A stretch of DNA of 64,000 nt, taken from NCBI RefSeq assembly GCF_009914755.1, contig NC_060926.1; one strand, 5' to 3'. This DNA comes from the human T2T-CHM13v2.0 reference genome, Homo sapiens. Position numbers and translations under genes: made by a program. This document shows positions 54,346-64,000 of the stretch, piece by piece (the first letter of the stretch is position 1; every line of letters begins with the position of its first letter). The notes beneath the pieces were generated by a model that had not been told where the DNA came from, did not search any database, and saw only the letters and a program-made list of their open reading frames with translations.

Positions 54346-54840
54346 TTAATAATTTCAGAAAAAAAATAAATGAATGAACGAAATAACAAAAAAGTCGCCC
54401 TCTTCCCTTACTTTACCGAAAGGAGCACGAAGAACAGGCACGGAGCCCAAGGAATGCCCAAGTCCCTCCAGGGGTTTCCTCGGTCACGGTCCGCCGGCGC
54501 AGGCGCCAATCACAGGGTCCTGAGGTCGCCTGACGTTCAGGGCAGCCGGAAGACGGGGAGGTCTGGACCTGAACCGAGACAAGGAGGTACCACACTATTC
54601 ACTGCTGCGTCGCAGAGCGGGCTGGGCGGCTGTCTGGACCTCGAGAGGCCTGAGGCAAGGATCGCGTCAGACCCCGAAAGCTGGTTTGTTGATTAGTGAT
54701 CTAAGACCGCCGGAAGCGCTTCTTCTCAATCAAGCTATGCAACAGGAAGTCATTACGATCCCGTTGTAACCTCTAAATATGTCCCCGTTCTGCACAGCAT
54801 CCCGATAACCGTTTTGTTTTTCTCATATTATGACCTTCTC

Positions 54841-60478
<5,638 letters not shown>

Positions 60479-60758
60479 GTCAGTATATAGGAGCCCTTTT
60501 TTTCTAGATTTAAAAAAAGGAAAACTCAACACAAACGCTAATAAAACTTCTTTATGGGGGGAAAATGTAAATTGTACAAAATTTTTTGAAGTGAAAAGAG
60601 AAAAATTCTCAATACCCTAAGGTAGCCACTGTTTATATTCTCCCAGACATTTTCTATGCATATATAGATGTGTGCTGAGACCTAGATCCTTTAACAAAAA
60701 ACACTCATACACAAATGTAGTCATATTAATTACAATCTTTTGTGACTTACTTTTTTAA

Positions 60759-62311
<1,553 letters not shown>

Positions 62312-64000
62312 TAAAAACACCTGTATTTCTAAGAACAAGAGTATGGTGTTATATTTTTAGTCACTTATTTTAGACGTTACCTGTCGACTCTGCTAAATTA
62401 GTATTTAGTATTTACGTGATTATGCTTATGCAAATATTAGTTATAACTGAGCAGTTTTATTTCTTTTTGTTTTTCCTAAGGGTAATAATTGCGTTTGCTT
62501 TTCATGTGTTTGGGGCTTTTTTGTATTTCTTGCTCATTCCTCCCACACCTTTCAGTAGCCTCACCACATCAAACAACTTAATGATTAAGTAATTTATCAG
62601 TTCTGATTTGTTTTGGAGACACTTTTTCTGAAGAGCACTATTTTTCTTTCAGGGCTTATTGCTCTGCAGATCTGCTACAGAACTGTCACCTGGGACTTAA
62701 CTTTCCTATCATCCTTAAGATTTCTTTGTCCTTTCTCCAGGGTTGACTTTTCTGTTTCTTGATTCTCATATTCTCATATTTCTTGGTTTATTTCCTTGCA
62801 CAGTAGTACATCCTTCTGTACTTTTAGCAGATTAAAAAGCTGGTACAACACTAGAGGGCATGGGTGATGATAGTCTTCAATGAATTTCACATCTTTCCTT
62901 TTCTTGGTCTACTCTCTTGTTTTGGTGGACATCCTCTAGTAGATTTCAGAGAAAGAGTGTATAGGAAATAAATTTTATTAATCCTTCTCTTCTGAAAATA
63001 TAATTATTGTAGCTTCACTCCTGATTAATAGTTTGGCTGGGAATACAATTCTAAGTTGGAAACAATTTTTCTTATTTTACATTCAGTGTTGCTTTTGAGA
63101 AATCCTAAACTGTTCAGATTTTGATCCTATTGTATGTCATCTTTTTTTTCCGCCTTGCCAGAGCTTGTAAGAGTTTCCCTTTGTTCTAAAGGTTCTAAAA
63201 CTATGAAGTACTTTTCTGTGGGTCTATTTTTCTTCATTTTTCTGGGTACTTGTTGGATCCTTTTGATCTAGAAACCTTGGCTGTTCAGGAAGTTTTCTGC
63301 AATTATGTCATTAATTGTTTCGTCCCTCTGTTTTCTATGGAATTTTATTATTCAGACATTGGACCTCTTGGACAGACCATTTAAGTTTTTTTTCTTCTTT
63401 TTTTCATCTGTATGTCTTTTCCTTCTTGAGAGATTTCTGCACCTTTATCTTTCTGTCTTCTCTATTTTGCCATCAAGGTTTTAATTTCTTTCTCTTTTTT
63501 TAAAGTTTTTAAAATCAGGCAGTCTTTCATGCCAGAGAAGGCTCAGAGACTCCAAGGTTTTAATTTCTAAAAGTTCATTTTTGGTTTTTGAATTGTCCTT
63601 TTTAAAACATAATATCCTCTTGTTTCATGGGTTGTAAATATCTCCTCTCTGTTTTCTCCATGTTATTTTTCTTTTTATGTGGTCTCTGTTCTGCATGTTA
63701 AAGGCTTTTCTTAGGTGTCATGTAATTCTTCATTGTAGTTTTTTTATTTGGGGATGAAAAAGGTGATTGACAGTTTGGAATATATAGGTGGGGTTTCTGC
63801 ATGGAATATATAGGTGGGGTTTGTTGACTTTGAGCAGTACTATTGAATGATGTGGGTGGGCCTTTTGTTGGGGAACCCTTGATTTAAGTATCCTTTTGGT
63901 TTTCCTCGTCTGTGAGCGAGATTCCCCAGAGAGTGCTCTTCCAATCTCCTGCCTGAAACGAAAGGACTGGCTGCCAGCATTCCTAGAGCTAAGTGGTAGA

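Noticed and set aside
54370-54696. 108-aa ATG ORF in the SUPT7L/SLC4A1AP promoter
   Set aside because: GC-rich sequence is poor in stops, the ATG lies at the edge of the CpG region, and there is no recognisable domain; it would need Ribo-seq evidence.

Overview
Human genomic DNA that I recognise from the encoded proteins as the 2p23.3 cluster. It holds five tightly packed genes in alternating orientation: ZNF512 (+, last 4 coding exons and 3' UTR), CCDC121 (-), GPN1 (+, complete: 14 coding exons summing to 1125 nt = 374 aa + stop), SUPT7L (-, complete: 5 coding exons summing to 1245 nt = 414 aa + stop) and SLC4A1AP/kanadaptin (+, exons 1-5, continuing past the window). There are two CpG-rich bidirectional promoters (~19.6-20.5 kb and ~54.4-55.7 kb). 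Introns are dense in Alus (~45), plus old L1, L2, MIR, MLT1 and DNA-transposon fossils. I see no convincing wholly new multi-gene system. The best second-look items are: (1) interleaved sense/antisense coding exons of CCDC121 and GPN1, with a stop-free CCDC121 N-terminal extension reachable from two alternative first exons; (2) an antisense SNORA36/mir-664-family retrocopy in GPN1 intron 11; (3) a U12-type intron directly before the GPN-loop exon; (4) a probably L2-derived, uAUG-loaded SUPT7L exon 2 spliced to a rare GAG acceptor; (5) a palindromic two-way poly(A) signal shared by the convergent GPN1/SUPT7L 3' ends; (6) several local templated-insertion or fold-back scars and triple-TSD Alu re-insertion sites. 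Repeat boundaries are approximate, and repeat subfamily names and isoform lengths are recalled from memory, not searched.
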